A DNA stretch of 35,411 nucleotides, taken from assembly GCA_964631415.1 (NCBI GenBank), contig CAZVZC010000020.1:1-35411 (forward strand), read 5' to 3'. The stretch comes from an uncultured archaeon. GTDB lineage: Archaea > Asgardarchaeota > Thorarchaeia > Thorarchaeales > Thorarchaeaceae. Positions 1 to 10,046 of the stretch are shown piece after piece (position 1 is the stretch's first letter; each line of letters starts with the position of its first letter). The position numbers were made by a program, and so were the translations under genes. The notes under the pieces are model-generated. The model was given only the letters and a program-made list of their open reading frames with translations, made no database searches and had not been told where the DNA came from.

Positions 1-13
1 CTCTAACGGCTCA

Positions 14-2749
14 TTGGGTGACGCTGTGCTACTGAACCTTTCTGATAACTCCGAAACCAGGCTTGGGTTCTCAGGTCATCACGAATACGAGTACAACCAT
101 CGCACGAACACAGTATTCACATTCGAGTCCTACTTCGCCACAGCTAACGGGTCCGTATACGTCTATGACATGATTCGTGAGTTCAACCTGACAGGGTATT
201 GCGTCTGGTCATTCGACACTCAGACACTTGTCCCGCCCGGCAGATGGCATCCTCGCGACATGTTTGACACAACATGGCCTCTCTACGATGTGACTCACTC
301 GAACACGATATTCTTCGACAGCGATGAAGACATCATCTACTACAACTCACGCAACCTGAGTACATTCTACAAGATCAACCATACGGATAGTCGAGTGATC
401 TGGGGACTGGGCGAGTATGGCAACTTCACGCTCTACAATCGTTGGGGCGATGAACGCGACACTCTCTTCTATCATGCTCACTCAGTCGAGAGAGTTGACG
501 ACAACACTTTCATCATCTTCGATAACGGCCCGTTCAATCAGACCGACCATGCGAATGAGCGCTCTCGCATTGTGGAGATCACAGTGAATGAAACGGCCAT
601 GACTGCGTACGAGTCATGGTCTTGGGCTGCGCCCCGTGAGTACTACAGCGTCATATGGGGGGACGCAGACAGGCTGCCCAATGGCAACCGTTTAGGGGTG
701 TTCGGGACACATAGCCACCCCGATTGTGACATCGGAGCCCGGATTGTGGAGGTCAATCCTGAAGGTAAAATCGTCTGGGAACTGAACTTCCCACACTCTC
801 AGGATTTCACCTATGGCATCTATCGAGCTGAACGATTTCGTTACAGCCCAATAGTATCTGCTGAATCTGAGAACATCAGGGCCGTGACGCATGAGAACTT
901 GAGTGTTGCCTGGAATCTCTGGTACAACTATCGTCCCAAGCATACCGTCACTGGGAGCTATACTGTGTACCTCAACGGGATTCCCGTAGAGAACGGGACC
1001 TGCGCCTATGACAGGTTCTGGCGAGCAGAGCGCCTCTTGTCCGTTCTGGGCGAGCTGGAAATCGGCAACTACAATGTGACTCTGGAGATTTCTGACGAAG
1101 ACGGACATACTACGACCAGCAGCGTAAGTGTTTTCGTGAGCAACTTCTACATCGATCGCGAAGGTCCCCTGTCGTTTGAGATAGGACAGGAGAAACACAC
1201 GATTCTCTGGTCCGGAGAAACAAGTGGTCCTTTGGACTGTAACATCACGGTCGATGCTGCTCTCCATGATTCTCTTGTGTGGACCGGTTCCAACATTAGC
1301 GTTGACTTGTTGACACTAGGGGTTGGTAATCACAGTGTTTGTCTGAAACTGTTCAATGGAACCGATCTTGTGTATGAAGACGGCATGATGGTCGCCGTCT
1401 ACCCCTCGGAGGAGCCGGTGTTTCTCTTTATGCCGCCCGTCACCCCGCTCCGTTGGAACACAACGACGGTGGTTTCCTGGACTTTCACGGACAAGTCCCC
1501 AGCCACTTGGCACCTCTACATCAACTCCTCCGCGGAGAAGTGTGGCACTTGGAACTGCACAACATACACCCTCAACTGGAAGGTGCCCACAGAGGCTCTG
1601 TACAACCTCACATTGGACGTCTTTGATTCAGCTGGGCATGTCGCACGATGCTCTTCATGGCTCGTAGTGCTTCCGCCGAGTCCACCCATCTTTACTTCGA
1701 CTCCTGGCAACCGCACAGTGACATGGGGAGCCGAGGGCGTCACTTTCACATGGGAAGTGCATGGTGGCAGCTCTTGGAGCGTATGGAGAAACGGCACAGT
1801 GATTCTAGAGGACGAGCTGCATGGAGACTTAGTCAGCGTGGCCGTAGCTGATTGGAGGACCTATGGATGGCGGCCCGGTCTGTACAACCTGACCTTGCTT
1901 GTTGTCGACAGCAACTCCTCTGCCAGAAGCACTGTCTGGATTGGCGTGACTGTCGACTTGGGTGATCCATATGCAGATTTGAATATCAAGGCAGAATCAC
2001 TATGGGTTTCGTTTCCTGAGAATGCTCTCGGACCTCCGGATGGACAGTCTGCGAGGATCTTTGTGGACTATGGAAACGGATACCTGACTCTAGACATGGG
2101 TGCAAGTGAAGAGATTGTCGACGGTCAAGGGAACGACCTGAATGTGATTGCAGGAGGCGGCACATACGCCGTTCTCGCAAGCAGTAGTCTGAGCGAGCTG
2201 TTCGTTCCATTGGGCGCCGGTAGCGGTAGTCAGAGCTTTGATCTAGCTGCTGCCGGCATTGAGATGGCTCGTTACGTCCGAATCGAATATGTGTCCGGCG
2301 AATTCGTGATGCTCGATGCGATCGTCGCACTGAACTACAATAGGCCAGCTCAAGACACTGAGCGTCCACAGGTCTACGGCCCCGAGGACTTCTGGATTTG
2401 GGAGAACCAGACCGATGCGACTCTGACGTGGATTGCTTCCGATGCAACACCATGGAGTTACAGCATACTCATCAATGGCAGCCGCGCTAGCTCAGGCAAT
2501 TGGAATGGCTCTGACATTGTGTTTGTGTTCATGCCCCAAGGCCTCGGGACATGGAATGTGACTCTTCTCCTAACTGATGCCTTTGACAACTGTGTTCAAG
2601 ACACTGTTTTCGTTGAAGTGCGATCTTATGCAACCACGACGACACTCACTGTCAATGCATACGTCCTCATAGCAGTGTCAGCATGCGTCTTGGGCGTCTG
2701 TGTGGCTCTTGTTTACATAGTGGCTCAATACCATCGCCGGATTGGTTAG
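14..2749 (+). CDS. Arylsulfotransferase (ASST)-like beta-propeller surface protein with Ig-like repeats and C-terminal membrane anchor; probably 5'-truncated by the window edge
   Basis: DVTHSN, FYHAHS, FDNG and GDADRLPNGN motifs typical of ASST-like propellers. Repeated beta-sandwich units (G.YN.TL...D..G), many N-x-S/T sequons, C-terminal TM followed by HRR. No signal peptide at the called start. Confidence 0.75.
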   Translation: MGDAVLLNLSDNSETRLGFSGHHEYEYNHRTNTVFTFESYFATANGSVYVYDMIREFNLTGYCVWSFDTQTLVPPGRWHPRDMFDTTWPLYDVTHSNTIFFDSDEDIIYYNSRNLSTFYKINHTDSRVIWGLGEYGNFTLYNRWGDERDTLFYHAHSVERVDDNTFIIFDNGPFNQTDHANERSRIVEITVNETAMTAYESWSWAAPREYYSVIWGDADRLPNGNRLGVFGTHSHPDCDIGARIVEVNPEGKIVWELNFPHSQDFTYGIYRAERFRYSPIVSAESENIRAVTHENLSVAWNLWYNYRPKHTVTGSYTVYLNGIPVENGTCAYDRFWRAERLLSVLGELEIGNYNVTLEISDEDGHTTTSSVSVFVSNFYIDREGPLSFEIGQEKHTILWSGETSGPLDCNITVDAALHDSLVWTGSNISVDLLTLGVGNHSVCLKLFNGTDLVYEDGMMVAVYPSEEPVFLFMPPVTPLRWNTTTVVSWTFTDKSPATWHLYINSSAEKCGTWNCTTYTLNWKVPTEALYNLTLDVFDSAGHVARCSSWLVVLPPSPPIFTSTPGNRTVTWGAEGVTFTWEVHGGSSWSVWRNGTVILEDELHGDLVSVAVADWRTYGWRPGLYNLTLLVVDSNSSARSTVWIGVTVDLGDPYADLNIKAESLWVSFPENALGPPDGQSARIFVDYGNGYLTLDMGASEEIVDGQGNDLNVIAGGGTYAVLASSSLSELFVPLGAGSGSQSFDLAAAGIEMARYVRIEYVSGEFVMLDAIVALNYNRPAQDTERPQVYGPEDFWIWENQTDATLTWIASDATPWSYSILINGSRASSGNWNGSDIVFVFMPQGLGTWNVTLLLTDAFDNCVQDTVFVEVRSYATTTTLTVNAYVLIAVSACVLGVCVALVYIVAQYHRRIG

Positions 2750-2790
2750 AGCAAGTACTGCACTCATGCCGCCGCCGAAGATACGGCTTC

Positions 2791-4350
2791 TCACTTCCTT
2801 CTTTTCAGAGCTAAGGCAATCACCAGAATCGCTGCGACTCCTATGACTAGACTGCCAACGATGATCGGGTCCAATGCCCTGCTAGTCCCAACAGAGAAGA
2901 AAGCAGTGACAAATGATGCCATTTCTGCTGCGTACACATAGACCGTGTAGTTGCCGTCTTGCAATGTCCGTGAAACCGTGACGGTCCATGTCTGGTTTTC
3001 AGCATCTACCCAGTTGCCTGTCGAGTTGCTGTAGATCCTATACGCAAGACCAGTGAACTCAGACCCCTCCGCCGGTCTGTACCACAGCTCGATGGGAATG
3101 GAACTGCTCTCATAGACATGACCGGCTATGGGAGAAACAACATCAACAGCGTGTTCGGCGTAGTTCGGAATGTAGTCAATGTCGAATATGGCACCGGCAG
3201 GCCCTTTCCATACTGTGGCGTCGATCTCCCAGATGGTGCTCCCATTCGGGGCCACTTCCCACACCCAGCTATTGACGGAGTCAAGAAGAAGAGTATTTCC
3301 GTTGGGCAACCTATCTGAATCCTGTAGCTTGGAGCTGTTGAACTTGTGCTCTGTCACGCTGTATTCCCACACGATTTCCTTCGTGCTACTGTTTATCTCA
3401 AAAGCACGCCAATTGCTGCTGTCGGAAACTATGAGGTTCCCGTTTCTTAGCATCACTGGATCGTGCTGATAGTAGGGTATGGACCCTCCCCACTCCCAAT
3501 CGATCTTGCCGGACGCATTGATCCAGGCATGCTCTGGGCCAAAGAGCCAAACAGGCATACCAGTGGGGTCAACAATCACTGTCATGTTCAAGTGGCGGAG
3601 GTTGATCATTGTGTTTCCATTGGGCAGACGGTCCGCGTCATTGATGTGCGTCCATCTAGCTTCTTGACCGCTACTCGGTGTATCTTGATATATCTCCCAC
3701 TGAGTCCAGTTCGGATACCTTATCCACTCCCGTGGATTCCAGTCCCATACAATCTGGCCCTCCGAATTCACTTCTATGACTCTACCATCGGAGCCGTTAC
3801 CTTCAGCTGAGCCCATTGCGTTTGCCACGAGTGTGTTGCCGTTCGGCAATCGTTCCACATCATGAGGCCATTGCATGTCAGAGTCAGACACATATGACCA
3901 CACGAGGTTGTTCTCTCCATCAAGTTCGACTATGCATCCGGGACGCACTGGATAGACAAACGCCCCGGTGGTCGTGTTCCATATTCCTGCTGCGCAGCCG
4001 GGACGCTTGTTGTATCCGACCTGCAGTAGGAAGTGACCATTGGAAAGGTATTCGACAGAGAACACACCACAGTCCGCCAAGGGATACTTCCAGTCTGGTA
4101 TGCCGCCTGGGATTCTCTTAATGCTCACATTGAGGAACTCGTGTCCCGTGGAGTTGATGATCACTGCGCCGTTGATCTTCGGCGCGTTTAGGACAAAGCA
4201 TCCTGCATACTCTTTCACTTCTAATGCGGCAGATGGACGAGTGGTGTGAAGCTTCACCATCCCCTGTGCCACAGGCTGATACAGAGAAAGAACGAGCGCA
4301 AGAACAGCAATCAGTATGAATGTCCTCGAGTTCAAATGTGACAACCTCAA
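2791..4350 (-). CDS. Arylsulfotransferase (ASST)-like secreted, membrane-anchored protein
   Basis: N-terminal hydrophobic signal. Repeats HDVERLPNGN, HINDADRLPNGN, QHDP..L.NGN and QDSDRLPNGN. C-terminal TM followed by KRRK. Confidence 0.75.
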   Translation of the reverse strand: MRLSHLNSRTFILIAVLALVLSLYQPVAQGMVKLHTTRPSAALEVKEYAGCFVLNAPKINGAVIINSTGHEFLNVSIKRIPGGIPDWKYPLADCGVFSVEYLSNGHFLLQVGYNKRPGCAAGIWNTTTGAFVYPVRPGCIVELDGENNLVWSYVSDSDMQWPHDVERLPNGNTLVANAMGSAEGNGSDGRVIEVNSEGQIVWDWNPREWIRYPNWTQWEIYQDTPSSGQEARWTHINDADRLPNGNTMINLRHLNMTVIVDPTGMPVWLFGPEHAWINASGKIDWEWGGSIPYYQHDPVMLRNGNLIVSDSSNWRAFEINSSTKEIVWEYSVTEHKFNSSKLQDSDRLPNGNTLLLDSVNSWVWEVAPNGSTIWEIDATVWKGPAGAIFDIDYIPNYAEHAVDVVSPIAGHVYESSSIPIELWYRPAEGSEFTGLAYRIYSNSTGNWVDAENQTWTVTVSRTLQDGNYTVYVYAAEMASFVTAFFSVGTSRALDPIIVGSLVIGVAAILVIALALKRRK

Positions 4351-4491
4351 AGGTAGTGAGCGTCACGCTTGCACTACAACCATGGAAGGACCCAAAGTGT
4401 GAGTCCTGTGTTACGGCCGCCTAGATAAAAGCCTTGGGCGTTGGAATTGCGCCCTCACCTCTGAGGTGCAATCCATCTGCCACTATCTGTG

Positions 4492-4896
4492 TCAAGGCAC
4501 AACAAAGAAACCTGCTTGCCTGAAGTGGTCGTCAAACGTGAACGCCTTGTCTATGCCGAGAGATCGCATTGCTGCAAAGCTAGTGCAGTCCGTGAAGCTG
4601 TAGTCCTTGTCGGGGCTGCTCCGAAATATGTCAAAAGCACTCCTCCTGATGGCAGGTGCTACCGGTGCAGTCCGGACATTGGGCGATGAGTCTATTGATT
4701 CATATGCCTCGACAGCCTGCTGATGGCCCACGCGTACTCTCATGAGTGTGATGAGTTCGCTGATGATGTAGTCTGTCGTCACCATGACCCCGAACTCGCC
4801 ACTCTCTACCTGCGTAGAGGCATGTTGTGCTTCTAGGTGGTTCACATCATTCTCCACCATCATGGCGAAGAAGGCGCTCGTGTCCACGAAAATCAA
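4492..4896 (-). CDS. vapC: PIN-domain toxin (VapC family)
   Basis: IFVDTSA, ISE, SFTDCTS and TFDDHF supply the PIN acidic residues. TTG start preceded by AGGTGA. Confidence 0.9.
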   Translation of the reverse strand: MIFVDTSAFFAMMVENDVNHLEAQHASTQVESGEFGVMVTTDYIISELITLMRVRVGHQQAVEAYESIDSSPNVRTAPVAPAIRRSAFDIFRSSPDKDYSFTDCTSFAAMRSLGIDKAFTFDDHFRQAGFFVVP

Positions 4897-4907
4897 GAAC
4901 GCTTCAC

Positions 4908-5129
4908 CTATCCATAGAGAACGCGGTCGTGTTCCACTGACCCTCGCTCACCGCGCTTACCCTTGAAACTCAGCTTGAAGAACGGATCATCGGGCTCTAT
5001 CTGTTCTCCGAGGAGATAAGACCTGATGATGTTTCTGACGAGTTCCTTTATTGTCTTGTTGGCCTCTCGAGCTCTCGCGGCCAAGAGTGCGTGTTCCTCC
5101 TCGCTCAAGACAGTCTGCACAACTCTCAT
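4908..5129 (-). CDS. vapB: Ribbon-helix-helix (CopG-like) antitoxin
   Basis: 73 aa with an N-terminal beta-strand (RVVQTVL) and two helices, ending S.EHD..LYG. Immediately upstream of the PIN gene. Confidence 0.8.
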   Translation of the reverse strand: MRVVQTVLSEEEHALLAARAREANKTIKELVRNIIRSYLLGEQIEPDDPFFKLSFKGKRGERGSVEHDRVLYG

Positions 5130-5133
5130 CTTA

Positions 5134-5166
5134 CATCAAGCATTCAACATGCAAGATGCATATAAA
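5134..5166 (-). promoter_or_regulatory. vapBC promoter: TATA box and palindromic operator
   Basis: TTTATATG on the minus strand at 5159-5166. Imperfect palindrome CATCaaGCAT-N5-ATGCaaGATG at 5134-5158, between the TATA box and the ATG. Confidence 0.55.
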
Positions 5167-5230
5167 GACCAACATACACCCCCAAGCCAACAATCAACAT
5201 GGTTCCTAACCTAGACTCCCAACTGCGTTC

Positions 5231-6685
5231 TCACAATGTCGCCGTGCTGTCATTCCCTATCAGGTCCCGAACATGAAACACGCCAACTAAGTTAGTTCGG
5301 CCGGGTATGTACCTTATGCCAGAGGTGAAGACGATGTCCTTGTCCTTGTTGATCAGTCCCATCTTGTAGACTGACCGGACTGCTTCTCGAATGATGTCGT
5401 CGAGATTGTCTATCGCTTCATAGTATTGGACGGGGTGCACTCCCCACAATAGTCTGAGCCTTCTCATAACAGTTGGGTCGTTCGTGACCGCGAATATGTC
5501 CGCCGGAGGCCGAAACTTGGAGATCCATCTCGCGGTGTAGCCGGTTCGGGTTGCCGTGATGATGCCATCCACGTTCTCCGGAATGAGTGAAACCGCATTG
5601 TAGACGAGGTTTCCGATGATTTCGACAATCATCTTCCGAGGAGAGGTCATGTCTGCCGGGTTCACTGGGGTAATTCGCTTCTCTGCCTTGGTGACGATTC
5701 TATTCATCATGCTGACTGCGCCAACCGGGTCATGTCCCATGGCAGTTTCGCCGCTGAGCATGACGGCATCCGCCCGGTCGAAGATCGCATGTGCAACGTC
5801 ACTGACCTCTGCTCGTGTCGGAACCGCTTCGTGGGTCATTGATTCAAGCATGTGCGTGGCCACAATGACGGGTTTTGCCCACATGTTGGCCTTCCTGATG
5901 AGATCTCTCTGGAGGATTGGCACATCCTCTATTGGCACCTCTATTCCGAGATCACCACGTGCGACCATTATCCCGTCAGATTCCTTGAGGATCTCTTCGT
6001 AGTTCTCGACGGCAAGCGTGTGCTCGATCTTGCTGATGATGCCTGCGTGAGCTGGTCCGTTAGACTGGATTACCTTCCTCACATTGACGACGTCACATGG
6101 ATCGACCACGAACGAGAGAGCGATGAAGTCCGGTTCAAGCTCAGCCGCCAGTTCCAAGTCTTTGTGGTCCTTCTCCGTCGGAATGGAACAGGACAGCCTA
6201 ATGCCCGGGATGTTGACGCCCTTCTTGCTGGAGATGGGCCCACCATGCACAACTTCTGTGATGACATCAGACCCTTTGATCTTCTTCACGGTAAGTCTGA
6301 TCACACCATCGTTTATTGCAATGGCGTCCCCTGGCTTCACGTCCTTGGGCAAGTCCTTGTGGGAGATTGACACCCGCGTTGCGTCCCCGACAAAGTCCTC
6401 AATCGAGAGGGTGAACTGCTGACCTGTCTTAAGTTCGGCAGGAGCCTTCATTTCGCCAATCCGGATCTTCGGACCCTGAAGGTCGAACATGATGCCCACT
6501 GTGTCATCGAGCGACCTGATTCCATCGAATGTTTCCTTAGCTGAAGCATGATCATCGTGCGACAGGTTGATTCTAGCGACATCCATTCCTGCCTCTATCA
6601 TCCCTGCTAGCACTTCCTTTGACCTTGAGGCCGGGCCAATAGTGCAGACAATCTTCGAGCGCGTCTTGTCGAACTGCATCGTCAT
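5231..6685 (-). CDS. pyk: Pyruvate kinase
   Basis: KIVCTIGPAS, DLQGPKIR, ISKIE, IMVARGDLGIE, PTRAEVSDV, MLSGETA. Start moved to the ATG at 6685 (6679 is an alternative). Confidence 0.97.
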   Translation of the reverse strand: MTMQFDKTRSKIVCTIGPASRSKEVLAGMIEAGMDVARINLSHDDHASAKETFDGIRSLDDTVGIMFDLQGPKIRIGEMKAPAELKTGQQFTLSIEDFVGDATRVSISHKDLPKDVKPGDAIAINDGVIRLTVKKIKGSDVITEVVHGGPISSKKGVNIPGIRLSCSIPTEKDHKDLELAAELEPDFIALSFVVDPCDVVNVRKVIQSNGPAHAGIISKIEHTLAVENYEEILKESDGIMVARGDLGIEVPIEDVPILQRDLIRKANMWAKPVIVATHMLESMTHEAVPTRAEVSDVAHAIFDRADAVMLSGETAMGHDPVGAVSMMNRIVTKAEKRITPVNPADMTSPRKMIVEIIGNLVYNAVSLIPENVDGIITATRTGYTARWISKFRPPADIFAVTNDPTVMRRLRLLWGVHPVQYYEAIDNLDDIIREAVRSVYKMGLINKDKDIVFTSGIRYIPGRTNLVGVFHVRDLIGNDSTATL

Positions 6686-6878
6686 GACTTCCTTAGCTTC
6701 AGCTGCGCCCCCAACGCAGTTTCCCCATAATAGGACTTGCTTCTGACCTAGAGGGCACTCGCTCTTGAGAAGATTCACGTTTGGGAGTCATGCGTTCGCA
6801 TGGATTGACATAAATCCGAGTTGGCGCTGCCGTGGTAAGCCAGTAGAAGGAGAATCCCCCATATACAAGGTGACCAGC

Positions 6879-8177
6879 ATGGTCCAGATCAAGTCAATCA
6901 AAGCAATCGAGATACTCGACTCACGTGGTAACCCGACTCTGTTGACAAGAGTCACTCTGTCAGACGGGACGGTCGGTAGTGCGAGGATTCCCAGCGGCGC
7001 CTCGACAGGAACGCGTGAAGCTCTTGAGCTCAGGGACGCAGACAAGAGGTACGGTGGAAAGGGAGTACTGAAGGCTGTCAAGAACGTCAACACAGTCATT
7101 GCCAAGGTCATGTCCTCAGTAGACGCACTCTCGCAGCGCGACGTTGATGCTGCCATGTTGAAGGCCGACCCGAGCAAGGGGAAGAGTCAACTTGGTGCAA
7201 ATGCCATTCTCTCTGTTTCAATGGCAACGGCCGTCGCCGCAGCGGGACATCTCAAGCTCAATCTGTTTGAGTACCTCAGGACAAAGGTGATTGGCAAGCC
7301 CGCGAGCTACCTGCAGCCAGTGCCTCTTTCGAATGTGATCAACGGAGGCGCGCACGCAGGAAACGATCTTGCCGTACAGGAGTTCATGATACTGCCTGTA
7401 GGAGCCGCAGATGTCCGAGAAGGTATCCGATACACGAGTGAGGTGTACCAAGCTCTCGGGAAGAGGATGATCTCCAAGTACGGAAGGATGGCAAAACACG
7501 TTGGTGATGAGGGCGGCTACTGTGGCTTTGGACTGAAGACCACACGAGATGCATTCGACGAGATCATTGGTGCGATTTCGGGAGCCGGCTATCAACCTGG
7601 CAAGGACGTTGTTCTCGGCATCGATTGCGCCGCCAGTAGCTTCTACAAGGATGGCAAGTACACTGTTGATGGCAAAACCATGGACCCCGGTCAGCTGATT
7701 GACTACTATCTGGACTTAGAGAAGACATTCCCAATGAGGAGCATTGAGGACCCGTTCCATGAGGAAGCTTTTGACACATTTGCAGAGCTGACCAAGAAGA
7801 CGCGTTGTCAGGTGATCACGGACGACCTCACAGTATCCAACTCGTCAACTGTTCAGAAGGCGATAGACATGAAGGCTGGCAATGCACTACTGTTGAAGCT
7901 GAACCAGATTGGCACGGTCACAGAGGCCATTGATGCCGCCAAGACCGCGAACAGGGCTGGATGGCCGGTCGTCGTCAGCCATAGAAGCGGTGAGACTGGT
8001 GATACGTTCATCGCCGACCTCGTGGTTGCGCTGTCGACTGGCCAGATAAAGAGCGGGGCGCCAGCACGAAGCGACAGGGTCGAGAAGTACAACAGGCTCC
8101 TTGAAATCTATGACCTGCTCGACGGGAAATGCGGCTATGCTGGTGCAGACTTCATGACAGCATGGAGGAAGTACTAA
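6879..8177 (+). CDS. eno: Enolase (phosphopyruvate hydratase)
   Basis: EILDSRGNPT, PSGASTG, VGDEGG, LLKLNQIG, VSHRSGET, KYNRLL. ATG at 6879 preceded by AGGTGA. Confidence 0.97.
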   Translation: MVQIKSIKAIEILDSRGNPTLLTRVTLSDGTVGSARIPSGASTGTREALELRDADKRYGGKGVLKAVKNVNTVIAKVMSSVDALSQRDVDAAMLKADPSKGKSQLGANAILSVSMATAVAAAGHLKLNLFEYLRTKVIGKPASYLQPVPLSNVINGGAHAGNDLAVQEFMILPVGAADVREGIRYTSEVYQALGKRMISKYGRMAKHVGDEGGYCGFGLKTTRDAFDEIIGAISGAGYQPGKDVVLGIDCAASSFYKDGKYTVDGKTMDPGQLIDYYLDLEKTFPMRSIEDPFHEEAFDTFAELTKKTRCQVITDDLTVSNSSTVQKAIDMKAGNALLLKLNQIGTVTEAIDAAKTANRAGWPVVVSHRSGETGDTFIADLVVALSTGQIKSGAPARSDRVEKYNRLLEIYDLLDGKCGYAGADFMTAWRKY

Positions 8178-8180
8178 GCA

Positions 8181-9422
8181 ATGACAACCAAACTCACAGC
8201 AGTCATGGTCGTAATGGATGGTGGGGGCGACCGGCCCGTACCTGAGCTTGGCGGTATGACCCCACTTCAGGCAGCAAAGACCCCAAACTTCGATCGTCTT
8301 GCTTCTCAGGGGCAGAGCGGACTCATGCATGTGATATCTCCCGGCGTGACTCCTGGCAGTGATACCGCACACTTGGCACTCTTCGGATACGACCCGGTGG
8401 CGACCTACCCGGGACGAGGCCCGCTTGAGGCGCTCGGTGCAGGCCTCCAGTCCAAACCCGGGGATGTCGCGTTTCGTGCCAACTTTGCAACCATGAACCC
8501 TGACTTCACAGTGACTGACCGTAGGGCAGGAAGGGAATTCACAAGCGAAGAAGGCACGGCTCTTCAGAAAGCGCTCGACGGCTTGGATATTGATGGAGTG
8601 AAGGTTCACTTCGTGCACACGGTCGAGCATCGCGGTGCGCTTGTTCTGGAGGGCAAGGGTCTCTCAGAGAAGATAACCGATGTTGACCCGCATGAGGATG
8701 GGAAGAAGATACTCCAAGCAGAGCCGCTCGTTCCTGACGCGAAGAAGACTGCTGATGTCGTGAACAAACTGATTAGGCTCTCCTACGAGCGGCTGAAAGG
8801 TCTCGATGTCAACAAGGCTCGGCAGAAGAGAGGGATTGCACCTGCAAATGTGCTCCTTCTAAGAGGACCTGGCCAGCACCGAGAGGTTGCGACACTCAAA
8901 GAACGGTTCGGCATCAGGTGTGCCGTTCTCGCAGGAGGCGCACTCTACATTGGCACGGCCAAGTATGTCGGCATGGATCATGTCAAGGTCCAAGGTCAGA
9001 CGGGAACCATAGACACCAACTTCGACGGGATAGCAGACAAGGCAATAGAGTGTGTTGAGGCCGGTTATGACTACGTCTTCGTCCACATCAAGGCCACGGA
9101 CAACGCGAGCCATGACCACAATGTGAAGCAGAAGATACTCGCGATTGAACGAACTGACAAGATGGTTGGCCGAATACTAGAGAAGGTTCGTGACCGGATC
9201 GTGATTGCTGTCACTGCAGACCACACTTCTCCCGTGACTGTGGGCGAGCACACATGTGACCCTGTGCCGATAGTGATCTGGGCACCATTCATCCGTCCAG
9301 ACTCTTCCAAGCGATTCACTGAGATTGATGCGGCGCGTGGAGCCCTTCACACCATTCGTGGTATGGACATTCTACCGACGCTTCTGGGCTATGCAGGGAA
9401 GACCGAGAAGTTTGGCTCTTGA
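8181..9422 (+). CDS. apgM: 2,3-bisphosphoglycerate-independent phosphoglycerate mutase, archaeal type
   Basis: MDGGGD, TPLQAA.TP, PGSDTAHL, YPGRGPLEA, HIKATD..SHD, TADH.SP, H..DPVP. Confidence 0.95.
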   Translation: MTTKLTAVMVVMDGGGDRPVPELGGMTPLQAAKTPNFDRLASQGQSGLMHVISPGVTPGSDTAHLALFGYDPVATYPGRGPLEALGAGLQSKPGDVAFRANFATMNPDFTVTDRRAGREFTSEEGTALQKALDGLDIDGVKVHFVHTVEHRGALVLEGKGLSEKITDVDPHEDGKKILQAEPLVPDAKKTADVVNKLIRLSYERLKGLDVNKARQKRGIAPANVLLLRGPGQHREVATLKERFGIRCAVLAGGALYIGTAKYVGMDHVKVQGQTGTIDTNFDGIADKAIECVEAGYDYVFVHIKATDNASHDHNVKQKILAIERTDKMVGRILEKVRDRIVIAVTADHTSPVTVGEHTCDPVPIVIWAPFIRPDSSKRFTEIDAARGALHTIRGMDILPTLLGYAGKTEKFGS

Positions 9423-9425
9423 GGC

Positions 9426-9604
9426 CCGCTCATTGCAAGTTGGACAAAGTTGGACACAGGAGTCTTTATCCTCCCAGAAACGTGCCTGGGGTCGTACTCC
9501 TTGAGGCTAGTCTGTGTCGGGTCAACCTCGGAAAGGAGTCCAGTCTGGACCTATCTAGGTCCATACTGAGGATTGTCCTACCTGTGAGCAGCTGCCACAT
9601 GCCC
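9426..9604. mobile_element. ~180-bp non-coding repeat, copy 1 (MITE-like or structured RNA)
   Basis: 9426-9529 matches 13445-13548 at 91/104 nt by manual alignment, with weaker similarity to about 9604. Left end has tandem AAGTTGGACA x2. Fills the gap between the convergent apgM and HEPN genes. Confidence 0.6.
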
Positions 9605-9623
9605 GTGTACTGGAGGTGTAACA

Positions 9624-10046
9624 TCATGAAGCTTCTTGGGCCAGCTTCTTGGCCGCAGCGAAGACTACTCTTGCTTTCCTCAGTGCATCCAATGCGTCAT
9701 CTCTCAGAAACATGACCCCCGCCGGTGTTCTGCTGTTCTCATCACCGTACATAGCAAGGCCTCTCACGGCGAACAGGTCATGCGAATACCCTGCAATCTC
9801 ATCTATGCTGGTCCGGAACCAAATGGGGAATCGCTCCCTGTATCTGATTAGCACATTGCCGACATCATGGCTTTTTGGGTACTCGATGCCGAGCAATCGA
9901 AGACAACCTTTCAGTGCCAGTTCGCTGCATTCCTGCGAGTAGCGTACCGCCTCAGGATATCTTCCCTCCTTGCCGGATCTTTCAGCATCCCTCAGTCGGT
10001 TCTTGGCACGCGCCATCAGGTCTATTCCTAGTCTGTCGGGACTCAT
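9624..10046 (-). CDS. HEPN-domain protein (MNT-HEPN toxin partner)
   Basis: A..RL.DA, SQECSELALK, YPKSHDV and R...MYGDE fit archaeal HEPN. The ATG at 10046 overlaps the upstream stop (ATGA). Confidence 0.88.
   Translation of the reverse strand: MSPDRLGIDLMARAKNRLRDAERSGKEGRYPEAVRYSQECSELALKGCLRLLGIEYPKSHDVGNVLIRYRERFPIWFRTSIDEIAGYSHDLFAVRGLAMYGDENSRTPAGVMFLRDDALDALRKARVVFAAAKKLAQEAS

Noticed and set aside
6686-6878. Long N-terminal extensions of pyk and eno in the ORF track
   Set aside because: They overlap each other. Family homology (and, for eno, a ribosome-binding site) supports later starts, leaving a divergent promoter region.
5616-9319. Numerous antisense and overlapping ORFs over pyk, eno and apgM (and similar ones elsewhere)
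   Set aside because: Shadow frames of well-supported genes with no motifs of their own.
9419-9715. ORFs 9419-9715 and 13438-13644 as a paralogous protein pair
   Set aside because: Their similarity comes from the shared DNA element. Both have TTG starts, overlap real genes and diverge after the repeat core.
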